Shown piece after piece: positions 56,323 through 64,000 of a DNA stretch of 64,000 bases. The notes under the pieces were generated by a model, which made no database searches, had not been told where the DNA came from, and saw only the letters and a list, made by a program, of their open reading frames with translations. This DNA is from Candidatus Moraniibacteriota bacterium (GTDB lineage: Bacteria > Patescibacteriota > Minisyncoccia > Moranbacterales > GCA-2747515): contig CALNYG010000015.1 of the NCBI GenBank assembly GCA_942490825.1, positions 24,073 through 88,072 on the forward strand. The letters are read 5' to 3'. Both the position numbers and the translations under genes were made by a program. Positions within the stretch are counted from its first letter, which is position 1. Every line of letters begins with the position of its first letter.

Positions 56323-56736
56323 CAAAATAATAAAAAACAAATCGTCCCCTATTTAAGTTACAGAGTAGTTTATTAGGGATGGTATAGTTTACGTTAACAA
56401 TGAATAAAAATTTATTCAGTATTTTATAGTAGAGCTAAACTTTAATTTAAAATTAATAGTTCATTTTAAATCTTAAAATCTGAATAAACTATTTTTTAAA
56501 ATATTGTAATATTTTAAAATTAATTAATTGATTGAATAAATTTTATATTTAAATTTAAAAATAAATTAAAAAGAAAAATAATTTTTCAGGATGACTATGT
56601 GTGAAGGGTTATAATTTTTTGTATTGCATATAAAATTTTTTTTGTTTATAATAAGGTTACAAAAACAAAAAATAATTTTTAAAAATTTAAATTTTTTTTG
56701 TGTAATAAATTTAATAGAAAGGAAGGTGAAAAAAAT

Positions 56737-56979
56737 ATGGCAGCACGTAAAAAAGTAGCTCGCAAAAAAACAACTGGTAAAAAGGTTGCAAAAAAGAAGA
56801 CAGCTAAAAAAGTAGTTAGAAAAGTAACTAAGAAAAAAGTTGCTAAAAAAGTAACTAAGAAAAAAGTTGCTAAAAAAGTAACTAAGAAAAAAGTAACAAA
56901 AAAGAAAACTGCTCGTAAGGCAATAAAAAAAACGACTCGTAAAAAGACGGCTCGTAAAGTTGTTCGAAGGAGAAAATAA
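56737..56979 (+). CDS. lysine-rich histone H1-like / nucleoid-associated basic protein (80 aa)
   Basis: SD GGAAGGTGA. 'MAARKKVARKKTTGKKVAKKK...' with an internal 27-bp tandem repeat (KKKVAKKVT) at 56824-56895. Confidence 0.6.
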   Translation: MAARKKVARKKTTGKKVAKKKTAKKVVRKVTKKKVAKKVTKKKVAKKVTKKKVTKKKTARKAIKKTTRKKTARKVVRRRK

Positions 56980-57124
56980 TGTTTTCAAAAAGATAGATTT
57001 TTGTTATTTAAAACAAAAACAAAATATAAAACAGAGCAAGCTTTGGTAACACCTGAGGCTTGTTTTGTTTTATATTTAAATTTTTTATGGAATATTTTTT
57101 AGAATTGAATATTTTTGATAAAAA

Positions 57125-57153
57125 TAAAAAAGCACCAATGAAGGTGCTTTTTA
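57125..57153. terminator. bidirectional terminator
   Basis: AAAAAAGCACC-aatgaa-GGTGCTTTTT, 7 nt from the tRNA-Glu 3' end. Confidence 0.75.
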
Positions 57154-57159
57154 AACTTG

Positions 57160-57231
57160 TAGCCCGTAGGGGAATCGAACCCCTATTACCAGGATGAAAA
57201 CCTGGCGTCCTAACCATTAGACGAACGGGCC
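57160..57231 (-). tRNA. tRNA-Glu (anticodon UUC)
   Basis: Reverse complement GGCCCGT TC GTCT AATGGTTA GGAC G CCAGG TT-TTC-AT CCTGG TAAT AGGGG TTCGATT CCCCT ACGGGCT A, closely parallel to bacterial tRNA-Glu. Confidence 0.85.
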
Positions 57232-57368
57232 ATATTTTTACAATAATAATATTTATTGTACAGGAAAATAAAAATAAATCAAGGGGGTTGATTTATTTTT
57301 TATATTTGGTATAATTGATTTTGTGGTAGAATGATTTTTAATTATTCTAATATTTTATTTTGTTTTTT

Positions 57369-57441
57369 GGGCCGGTAGCTCATCTGGTAGAGCGCCTCAC
57401 TTGCACTGAGGAGGTAGCGGGTTCAAGTCCTGTCCGGTCCA
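57369..57441 (+). tRNA. tRNA-Ala (anticodon UGC)
   Basis: Acceptor GGGCCGG/CCGGTCC with G3:U70, anticodon arm CCTCA-CT TGC AC-TGAGG, T loop TTCAAGT. Confidence 0.85.
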
Positions 57442-57529
57442 CAAATTTAGTGGTGAAGTTGAAAGTATAAATTTTTTAAAGTTGATTTTTGCTTTATTTC
57501 TTTATACTTCTAACTTTAAGCTAATATGA

Positions 57530-57603
57530 GGGCGATTAGCTCAGCTGGTTAGAGCGCGTCACTGATAATGACGAGGTCCGAGGTTCAAGTCCCCGATCGC
57601 CCA
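57530..57603 (+). tRNA. tRNA-Ile (anticodon GAU)
   Basis: GGGCGAT TA GCTC AGCTGGTTA GAGC G CGTCA CT-GAT-AA TGACG ... TTCAAGT ... ATCGCCC A. Confidence 0.85.
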
Positions 57604-57700
57604 CATTTTAAATCTCTCTTTTTCGGAAGTGAGGTTTTTTGTTTATTTTGTGATAAATAAATTCAAAAAACCCTTAATTCTTTGTTAATTTTAAGACTTT

Positions 57701-57771
57701 GTGATTTTTTGTGGGGGATTCTTCACTACATAAAATTTTTTACAAAAATTTTATTACGTTCAGAATGACAG
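57701..57771 (+). repeat. repeat family A, copy 7
   Basis: gtgattttttgtggggGATTCTTCACt, hairpin ATAAAATTTTT/AAAAATTTTAT, then tACGTTCAGAATGACAG. Confidence 0.85.
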
Positions 57772-57800
57772 AAAACATGAGTATGAGTTATTAAAAATAA

Positions 57801-57828
57801 TTGACTTAATCATCAAATTTGCTATAAA
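57801..57828 (+). promoter_or_regulatory. hrcA promoter
   Basis: TTGACT, 16-nt spacer, TGc-TATAAA. Confidence 0.55.
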
Positions 57829-57836
57829 ATAGAGAT

Positions 57837-58574
57837 ATGAATGAACGGCAACAAAAAATATTAGCAGCTGTGGTTGAAGAATATACAAAAACTGGATTAC
57901 CTGTTGGTTCAGGAATTTTAGTTGATGAATATAATTTCAATGTTTCGACGGCAACTTTGCGGGCGGATATGGTAAATTTAGAAAAAGGAGGATTACTTTA
58001 TCAGCCACATACTAGTGCAGGACGAATACCGACTGATGAAGGTTATCGTTTTTTTGTGGGGGAGATTATGCCTGATCGTGAACTTTCTAAAAGAGAGCAA
58101 CAATCTTTGCAAAAAGAATTACTACAATTGAAAGCTCAAAATACTCGATTGACTCGATCGACTGCTAAGCTTCTTTCTACTTTAAGTGGTTATATGGCGG
58201 TGAGTGCTTTTCCAAATAAAAACGAGTTTTCGGAATTTGGTTTAAAGAGCTTGCTTGAGAAATCTAAGATGGAAGATTTGGATGAGATTTGTCATTTGGC
58301 GGAGGCGTTGGATTATATTGATGAGAAGTGTGAAGATTTAATGGTGTCATTATCTGATGGTGAGACTAAGATTTTTATTGGTGAGGAAAATCCGTTTGCT
58401 AAGTCTAAAAATTATTCAATGATTGTTAGTCAGTATGATCAGGGTGGTGAACGGGGGATTTTGGCTTTGATTGGTCCAAAGAATATGAAGTATGAAAAAA
58501 ATAAGTCTTTGATTGATTATGTTAAGAAAATGTTAGGTGGGGTTGGTGTTGTGTTTTTGATTGTGATTATTTAG
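57837..58574 (+). CDS. hrcA: heat-inducible transcription repressor HrcA (short form, 245 aa)
   Basis: 'RQQKILAAVVEEYTKTGLPVGS' and 'STATLRADMVNLEKGGLLYQPHTSAGRIPTDEGYRFFV'. Shorter than the usual ~340 aa and ends in a hydrophobic 'GGVGVVFLIVII'. Confidence 0.85.
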   Translation: MNERQQKILAAVVEEYTKTGLPVGSGILVDEYNFNVSTATLRADMVNLEKGGLLYQPHTSAGRIPTDEGYRFFVGEIMPDRELSKREQQSLQKELLQLKAQNTRLTRSTAKLLSTLSGYMAVSAFPNKNEFSEFGLKSLLEKSKMEDLDEICHLAEALDYIDEKCEDLMVSLSDGETKIFIGEENPFAKSKNYSMIVSQYDQGGERGILALIGPKNMKYEKNKSLIDYVKKMLGGVGVVFLIVII

Positions 58575-58599
58575 GATTTTAAAATCTTGTAAAAATAAT

Positions 58600-58641
58600 T
58601 AAGGCACAGGATCTTGCTGATCCGTGTGCCTTTGTTTTTTC
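58600..58641. terminator. rho-independent terminator
   Basis: AAGGCACAGGATC-ttgct-GATCCGTGTGCCTT plus a T run. Confidence 0.85.
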
Positions 58642-58654
58642 TGATAATATTTAT

Positions 58655-58942
58655 TCAGGCGAGGTAATCCACCTCTTGAAAATATTTATCCCATTTTTTT
58701 ATATGGAGCAGTCCATCTTTGAGAGAATCTCGGAAGTGATCGGCAAAAATTTCATTTGAATATGTTACCGATATTTTTCCGTTAGATTTTTTGATTGTAG
58801 CCCAACGAAAACAGGTTAGTTCTTCAAAATAATTTTCAAACTCTCGAGATTGGGTTTCACTCAAGATTGCTGTCCATGACCATGAATGAACAATATTTCG
58901 CTTTTCGGCTCGTCGTTGCCTCTTACTTTTTTTCTTCGTCAT
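58655..58942 (-). CDS. hypothetical basic protein (95 aa)
   Basis: ORF with N-terminal 'MTKKKSKRQRRAEKR', GC-richer than its surroundings, and a leader shared with 61307..61483. Confidence 0.5.
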   Translation of the reverse strand: MTKKKSKRQRRAEKRNIVHSWSWTAILSETQSREFENYFEELTCFRWATIKKSNGKISVTYSNEIFADHFRDSLKDGLLHIKKWDKYFQEVDYLA

Positions 58943-58968
58943 CTAATTATCCTCGAGTCTTTTATTGT

Positions 58969-58988
58969 ATTCAGTGAGATTACTGAAT
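58969..58988 (-). promoter_or_regulatory. conserved leader hairpin upstream of 58655..58942
   Basis: ATTCAGTgagattACTGAAT, within about 45 nt similar to 61484-61530. Confidence 0.45.
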
Positions 58989-59037
58989 ATTTTAGATTAG
59001 TTAAAAAAGAATAAAAAGTCAAATGAAACTTTTTAAA

Positions 59038-59077
59038 CTAGCACTCATTTGACTTGAGTGCTAGTTTTTTATAGAAT
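59038..59077 (+). promoter_or_regulatory. CIRCE operator overlapping the grpE promoter
   Basis: CTAGCACTC-atTTGACTt-GAGTGCTAG (59038-59064). The -35 TTGACT lies in the CIRCE spacer, followed by a 17-nt spacer and the -10 TAGAAT (59072-59077). Confidence 0.8.
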
Positions 59078-59112
59078 TAGAATGTGTAGTGTAGAATTAT
59101 GTTTTAAGTTTT

Positions 59113-59183
59113 GTGATTTTCTGTGGGGGATTCTTCACTTCATAATTTTTATTTCATAAAAATTATTTCGTTCAGAATGACAG
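59113..59183 (+). repeat. repeat family A, copy 8 (inside the predicted grpE 5' UTR)
   Basis: gtgattttctgtggggGATTCTTCACt, hairpin ATAATTTTTAT/ATAAAAATTAT, then tTCGTTCAGAATGACAG. Confidence 0.85.
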
Positions 59184-59222
59184 ATATTTTTTAAGTAATT
59201 TTTTAATTTTAAATTTAAGATC

Positions 59223-60566
59223 ATGGAAAATAATAATTTAGAAAAAGAGGTTCAAAATATAAAGAAAGATTTTTCTTTGGCACAAAAGATAGTTTTATTA
59301 AATGAGGAAAATAAAATTCTAATGCTTAAGTCTTCTAAAGAGGATCTTTGGGATTTGCCAGGCGGACATTTTAACAAAGATGATGAGAGTCAAATTGAGT
59401 CATTAAAAAGAGAAATTGCAGAAGAAATTGGAAATTCAGTTGATTTTGAGATTTTAGAAGAAGTTTCTGTTGGTTTGAGAAAATGGAAGGGTGAGTTCAC
59501 AAATGTTAAAATTGCTTATTTGGCGAAATATAATCTTGGGAAAATTAAATTAAGCGAGGAACATTCTGATTTTAAATGGATGAGTTTTGACGAGGTTGAA
59601 AATTTAAAAAATGAAGAATGCAAGGAATGGTTGAAACAAATGATTGAAAAAGCTCAGATTAAAATGAATCAGAATTTATCTTTGGAAAATGTTAATGTGA
59701 GTGGGGATTTTGTACAATCTATTCTTATAGTTAAGGCTGTTGTTATTAATAAAAAAGGTGAGGTTTTGATATTGCGTCGATCTGAGGAAAAGAAATATCC
59801 TAAAATGTATGATTTGCCTGGAGGGAAAATTGAGAAAGGCGAAACGATGACTGAGGCTTTGCGGAGGGAAATTAAAGAAGAGACAGGATTGGAAATTACT
59901 GAAAATGAAAATATTATCAAAACTACTGAACATTCTTTGGAGAGTGGAAATTTGGATAGAGTTAAGGGTTTAAGATTTGCGGTTAATTATTTGGGGGATG
60001 ATTATGATAAAATAGAGCTTAATGAAGGTGAACATGAAAGTTTTGAATGGTTGTCTTTTGATGAGGCGGTGAAAGCTTTTTCTGATGATGGATTTGAGGG
60101 CGAGAAAAAAGAAACTATTTTGGCAGCTAAGGCTTATTTAGAAAAAGAAGAATCTTTGCTAGGTTGGCACAGAACTTTAGCAGATTTTGATAATTATAAA
60201 AAGCGAGCTTTGGAACGAGAACGTGAATTTAATCAGTATGCGTCTGAAGGTGTTATTAATGAGATGCTACCAGTGTTGGATAATTTTCATTCAGCGACTG
60301 AGCATATTCCTGAGGCTGATCAAGATAATCCTTGGGTAACGGGTATTATGTATATTCAAAAGCAAATGGATAAGGTTTTTGAGGATAATAATGTTACGGA
60401 AATTCCAGTTAAGATTGGTGATGAGTTTGATCCTTCAGTTATGGAGGCAATGGATGATGAAAATAAGGATGATGATAAATCTACGAAAAAAGTTATAAAG
60501 ATTGTACAGAAGGGTTACAAAATCAAGGAAAAGATTATGCGTCCGATTAAGGTTGTTGTGGGATAA
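59223..60566 (+). CDS. grpE: GrpE nucleotide-exchange factor fused to two N-terminal NUDIX domains
   Basis: Nudix boxes 'GGHFNKDDESQIESLKREIAEEIG' and 'GGKIEKGETMTEALRREIKEETGL'. GrpE core 'RTLADFDNYKKRALEREREF...MLPVLDNFHSA...VQKGYKIKEKIMRPIKVVV'. Confidence 0.85.
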   Translation: MENNNLEKEVQNIKKDFSLAQKIVLLNEENKILMLKSSKEDLWDLPGGHFNKDDESQIESLKREIAEEIGNSVDFEILEEVSVGLRKWKGEFTNVKIAYLAKYNLGKIKLSEEHSDFKWMSFDEVENLKNEECKEWLKQMIEKAQIKMNQNLSLENVNVSGDFVQSILIVKAVVINKKGEVLILRRSEEKKYPKMYDLPGGKIEKGETMTEALRREIKEETGLEITENENIIKTTEHSLESGNLDRVKGLRFAVNYLGDDYDKIELNEGEHESFEWLSFDEAVKAFSDDGFEGEKKETILAAKAYLEKEESLLGWHRTLADFDNYKKRALEREREFNQYASEGVINEMLPVLDNFHSATEHIPEADQDNPWVTGIMYIQKQMDKVFEDNNVTEIPVKIGDEFDPSVMEAMDDENKDDDKSTKKVIKIVQKGYKIKEKIMRPIKVVVG

Positions 60567-60593
60567 GTGTGTGGAATAATAAAATCGTAAAAA

Positions 60594-60974
60594 ATGAAAA
60601 ATCTAAAGATTCACGACTATAATATCTACAAATATGAAATTAATTGTCATAAAAAATCAATTACTTTATATTTAAAATATGATGAACAAAAAAATGAGTA
60701 TTATAAAAACATTGAGTTTAATGATGTTTTGACTCATGATTTTGATAATGTTATGGAAGGAAATATCGTTTTAGATTTAGATATTTTAGATTTCAATGAT
60801 TTATTTGAAGACTATGAAATTACGAAAGAAATGATGAGTTATTTAGGAAATAGTAATAAACGTGATGAGATAGTTACAAGTTTGAAGAATGATAATTATA
60901 AATGTTATGAAATAAGTTCTTCTTACGGTTTATCTGGTTGGATTATTGCAAAAAAAATAATTTGTAAAGATTAA
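60594..60974 (+). CDS. hypothetical protein (126 aa) between grpE and dnaK
   Basis: ORF only. Confidence 0.45.
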   Translation: MKNLKIHDYNIYKYEINCHKKSITLYLKYDEQKNEYYKNIEFNDVLTHDFDNVMEGNIVLDLDILDFNDLFEDYEITKEMMSYLGNSNKRDEIVTSLKNDNYKCYEISSSYGLSGWIIAKKIICKD

Positions 60975-60993
60975 AATTAAACTTTTTTGTTTT

Positions 60994-61020
60994 TGTATCA
61001 TAGCCCGTGCGGCGAGCACT
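60994..61020 (+). repeat. repeat family D, copy 11
   Basis: TGTATCATAGCCCGTGCGGCGAGCACT. Confidence 0.85.
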
Positions 61021-61306
61021 GTATTTTTTTATTTTTTGTTGATGGTTATTAAGGAAAATGAAGTTTACTTATAATAAAAGTATTTTTAAAATTGTAGTGT
61101 TGAAAGCTGAAGGGGTTAAATCGAAAAGGGTTTTGGTTGAGATGGAGGATTAGTTTTTCTTTGGGTTGTTCGATGGGTGAGTCGAGTGATCTTTTGGGAA
61201 GGCTAGGTTTTGGTTTTTTGTTTTTTAAATAAAATGAGGGCTTGTTAAATTGAATTAGCAAGCCCCTTTGATAGGGTTTTATGTGGAATAAATTTTCTGT
61301 TTCGTT

Positions 61307-61483
61307 TCAATTTTTTTTATGAAACTCTACATGAAACTTAATGCCACCTCCGTTTAATGAGCAGCAGCCAACAGGAGTATCACTATCTATTTCCCGGTAG
61401 GAAAATCCATGTTCGCCGATCCTTACAATTTTTACTACTTTTTTAGGATCGTCCTTTGATACATATTCATCTCCGATTTTCAT
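61307..61483 (-). CDS. small hypothetical protein (58 aa)
   Basis: Strong SD AGGAGG 6 nt upstream. MKIGDEYVSKDDPKKVVKIVRIGEHGFSYREIDSDTPVGCCSLNGGGIKFHVEFHKKN. Below the ORF-track cutoff. Confidence 0.45.
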   Translation of the reverse strand: MKIGDEYVSKDDPKKVVKIVRIGEHGFSYREIDSDTPVGCCSLNGGGIKFHVEFHKKN

Positions 61484-61503
61484 ATTATCCTCCTATTTTA
61501 ATT

Positions 61504-61523
61504 GTTCAGCGAGATTACTGAAT
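61504..61523 (-). promoter_or_regulatory. conserved leader hairpin upstream of 61307..61483
   Basis: gTTCAGcgagattaCTGAAt, homologous to 58969-58988. Confidence 0.45.
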
Positions 61524-61534
61524 ATTTAAATTTA

Positions 61535-61552
61535 CATCATCATCATCATCAT
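61535..61552. repeat. (CAT)6 trinucleotide microsatellite
   Basis: catcatcatcatcatcat in the divergent intergenic region. Confidence 0.9.
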
Positions 61553-61579
61553 TTTGTCAAGCTTTCGAAAAACCAAAAA

Positions 61580-61619
61580 CTAGCACTCTCTTGACACGAG
61601 TGCTAGTTTTTTATAAAAT
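61580..61619 (+). promoter_or_regulatory. CIRCE operator overlapping the dnaK promoter
   Basis: CTAGCACTC-tcTTGACAc-GAGTGCTAG (61580-61606). The -35 TTGACA lies in the spacer, followed by 17 nt and the -10 TAAAAT (61614-61619). Confidence 0.8.
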
Positions 61620-61648
61620 AAAGAAGTAATAAAAATTAATAAAACAAT

Positions 61649-63598
61649 ATGGGAAAAATATTAGGAATCGATCTTGGAACCACAAACTCAGCAATGGCTG
61701 TAGTTGAAGGTGGAAAACCAGAGATCTTAGAAAATAAAGAAGGAAATAGAACAACTCCTTCAATGGTGGCGATTAATAAAAATGACGAACGATTAGTAGG
61801 ATTGTTAGCAAAGCGTCAAGCAGTAACTAATCCAGAAAACACATTGTTTTCAACAAAGCGTTTGATCGGTCGTGATTTCACAGATGCAGAAGTTCAAGAG
61901 GATATTAAACTTTTTCCGTTTAAAGTTGCAAAGGCTGACAACGGTGGAATCAAAGCGGTGATGGGTGGAAAAGAATTTACCCCACAAGAGATTAGTGCGA
62001 TGATTCTTGGAAAGTTGAAAGCGGATGCGGAAGAAAAATTAGGTGAAACTATTGAAGAGGCGGTGATTACAGTTCCTGCGTATTTTGATGATGCTCAAAG
62101 AAAGGCAACAAAAGAAGCTGGGGAAATTGCTGGATTGAAAGTTCGTCGTGTGATTAACGAACCGACTGCTGCTGCATTGGCTTACGGATTTGATAAAAAG
62201 AATGAAGAAAAAATTGTTGTCTATGATTTAGGTGGTGGAACTTTTGATGTTTCTGTTTTAGAAGTGAGTGAAGATACGATTGAAGTTAAGGCTACTCATG
62301 GTGATACTCACTTGGGTGGTGATGATTTTGATCAGGTTCTTATCAATTGGATTTTAGATGAGTTCAAAAAGGCTGAGGGCGTTGATCTTTCAAAAGATAA
62401 CCTAGCATTACAAAGAGTTAAGGAAGCGGCGGAGAAGGCAAAAATTGAGCTTTCAACGGCTGCTCAGAGTGAGATTAATCAACCGTTTATTACTTCAGGA
62501 GAGGATGGTCCGAAGCATTTGGTTATGACTTTGACTCGAGCGAAGATGGAAGAATTGGTTCATGGGTTGGTTCAAAAGACATTGGAGCCGACTGAAGCGG
62601 CGATTAAAGAAGCTGGGCTTTCAAAAGGTGATATTAATGAAATTATTTTGGTTGGTGGTATGACTCGAATGCCAATTATTCAGAAAACTGTTGAAGAATA
62701 TTTTGGTAAAAAACCTAATGTTTCTGTGAATCCTGATGAGGTTGTGGCGAGTGGTGCTGCGATTCAGGGTGGTGTTTTCCAAGGGGATGTGAAAGATGTT
62801 TTGCTTTTGGATGTTACTCCGTTAACTTTAGGAATTGAGACTATGGGTGGTGTGCGAACTCCGTTGATTGAAAAGAATACTACTATTCCTGCTAGTCAAT
62901 CTCAGACTTTTTCTACTGCGGCTGATAATCAACCGAGTGTTGAGATTCATGTTTTGCAAGGTGAACGTGAGATGGCTGTGGATAATAAGACTTTGGGACG
63001 TTTCATTTTAGATTCGATTCCACCGGCTCCTCGTGGAGTGCCACAAGTTGAAGTTTCTTTTGATATTGATGCTAATGGTATTTTGAATGTTAAAGCGGTT
63101 GATAAGGCTTCTGGAAAAGAGCAATCAATTAAGATTGAGGGTTCATCTGGTTTGTCTGATGAGGAAGTTGAGAGAATGAAAAAGGATGCTGAGGCTCATG
63201 CTGAGGATGATAAGAAAAAGAAAGAGGCTGTTGAGGTTAAGAATACGGCTGAGACTCTTATTTTTACTACTGAGAAGGCTTTGAAAGAGGCTGGTGATAA
63301 AATCACTGAAGATGAGAAGAAGCCTGTTGAGGAGAAGATTGAGGCTTTGAAGAAAGTTTTGGCTGATGAGAAGGCTGACGGTGAGGCGATTAAGAAGTCT
63401 AGTGAGGAATTGTCTACTGTGGCTCAGGTGATTGGTGAGAAGCTTTATAAAGCGGCTCAGGAGGCTCAAGCTAAGGAGACTGGTGAGAAGAAAGAGGGCG
63501 AGGCTGATGGTGAGAAGAAGGATGATGTTAAGGAGGCTGAGGTTGAGAAGGATGAGGAGAAAAAGAAAGATGATGGTGAGGGTGAAGAGAAGAAATAG
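61649..63598 (+). CDS. dnaK: molecular chaperone DnaK (Hsp70)
   Basis: 'GIDLGTTNS', 'DLGGGTFD', 'VGGMTRMP' and an acidic/Lys-rich C-terminal tail. Confidence 0.97.
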   Translation: MGKILGIDLGTTNSAMAVVEGGKPEILENKEGNRTTPSMVAINKNDERLVGLLAKRQAVTNPENTLFSTKRLIGRDFTDAEVQEDIKLFPFKVAKADNGGIKAVMGGKEFTPQEISAMILGKLKADAEEKLGETIEEAVITVPAYFDDAQRKATKEAGEIAGLKVRRVINEPTAAALAYGFDKKNEEKIVVYDLGGGTFDVSVLEVSEDTIEVKATHGDTHLGGDDFDQVLINWILDEFKKAEGVDLSKDNLALQRVKEAAEKAKIELSTAAQSEINQPFITSGEDGPKHLVMTLTRAKMEELVHGLVQKTLEPTEAAIKEAGLSKGDINEIILVGGMTRMPIIQKTVEEYFGKKPNVSVNPDEVVASGAAIQGGVFQGDVKDVLLLDVTPLTLGIETMGGVRTPLIEKNTTIPASQSQTFSTAADNQPSVEIHVLQGEREMAVDNKTLGRFILDSIPPAPRGVPQVEVSFDIDANGILNVKAVDKASGKEQSIKIEGSSGLSDEEVERMKKDAEAHAEDDKKKKEAVEVKNTAETLIFTTEKALKEAGDKITEDEKKPVEEKIEALKKVLADEKADGEAIKKSSEELSTVAQVIGEKLYKAAQEAQAKETGEKKEGEADGEKKDDVKEAEVEKDEEKKKDDGEGEEKK

Positions 63599-63607
63599 GG
63601 GACTTGG

Positions 63608-63638
63608 AAAAACCGAAGGCGAGAGCCTTCGGTTTTTT
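63608..63638 (+). terminator. rho-independent terminator
   Basis: AAAAACCGAAGGC-gaga-GCCTTCGGTTTTT. Confidence 0.85.
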
Positions 63639-63655
63639 GTAATAAATAAAACTAT

Positions 63656-63889
63656 ATGGAAACGGAAAATTTAAATATTATAAATCAAATACAAAGTCCT
63701 GAAATTGGATTTTTGCAAAGTATTGATCCTAGTTTATTGCAAAATGTTGTTTTGGGTATTTTGGCTTTATTGATTCCTGTTGGTATTTCAGTTTTGCAAA
63801 TGTACACAGATAAAGAAAAAAAGAACAATATAGAATTATTGGTATTGCTACTCAAATATAGAAATAGCAATTTCTCTGTGCATGAATAG
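63656..63889 (+). CDS. hypothetical ORF, possibly a gene truncated by the adjacent IS
   Basis: 77-aa ORF whose last ~14 codons overlap the 3' end of the minus-strand transposase fragment. Confidence 0.3.
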   Translation: METENLNIINQIQSPEIGFLQSIDPSLLQNVVLGILALLIPVGISVLQMYTDKEKKNNIELLVLLLKYRNSNFSVHE

Positions 63890-64000
63890 CAAGATTGTAT
63901 ATTCAACCATTTCAATACTTTTAGAATAACAATGAGTTTTCCTATGAAATCTTGCTATATAATGTCTTAATTGATTATTCATTCCTTCAACTGTAAAAGT
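63848..64000 (-). mobile_element. IS1-family transposase, C-terminal 50 aa (gene continues beyond the window edge)
   Basis: The minus strand reads TFTVEGMNNQLRHYIARFHRKTHCYSKSIEMVEYTILLFMHREIAISIFE*. Compare IS1 InsB '...[28 protein letters not shown]...'. Confidence 0.55.

Noticed and set aside
56566-56988. 140-aa minus-strand ORF opposite the lysine-rich gene
   Set aside because: It is the reverse complement of AAA/AAG-rich coding sequence, giving an F/L/S-rich artefact. The plus-strand gene has a strong SD.
57008-57217. 69-aa minus-strand ORF
   Set aside because: It overlaps tRNA-Glu and its terminator.
61058-61153. 31-aa ORF (MKFTYNKSIFKIVVLKAEGVKSKRVLVEMED) with an AAGGA upstream
   Set aside because: It is too short and has no supporting conservation or context.
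63143-63674. ORFs 63143..63469 (-) and 63432..63674 (+) at the dnaK 3' end
   Set aside because: They are alternative-frame shadows of the GAG/AAG-rich DnaK tail.

Overview
Low-GC, gene-dense bacterial window, mostly + strand, with many genes lacking a Shine-Dalgarno. The gene content suggests a reduced-genome, CPR/Patescibacteria-like organism, but that placement is inference only. Housekeeping genes: fba, radC, groEL, phosphohexomutase, mutM, ychF, pilB/pilM, ADP-forming acetyl-CoA synthetase, rpmH, an ECF sigma factor, a DEAD-box helicase, rpsU, yqeY, ybeY-dgkA, ftsA-ftsZ, recG, hrcA-grpE-dnaK and four tRNAs. The standout is at 47.5-51.1 kb. A 1,068-aa Cas12a-like protein has a Cas12a N-terminal signature and an intact RuvC D/E/D triad. 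It is followed by a 5-repeat/4-spacer array whose 36-nt repeats end in the type V-A handle ATTTCTACTTTTGTAGAT. The locus lies between ftsZ and a frameshifted recG, and no cas1/cas2/cas4 occurs in the window. The protein is smaller than characterised Cas12a, with its Nuc insert reduced to a putative Cys4 zinc ribbon. Intergenic DNA carries at least nine families of short palindromic, MITE/REP-like repeats, often nested. Also present: a two-copy ~170-nt structured element, three CIRCE operators, several disrupted genes, unusual fusions (Nudix-Nudix-GrpE, N-extended YbeY, Memo-CapA) and an IS1-like transposase fragment at the right edge.
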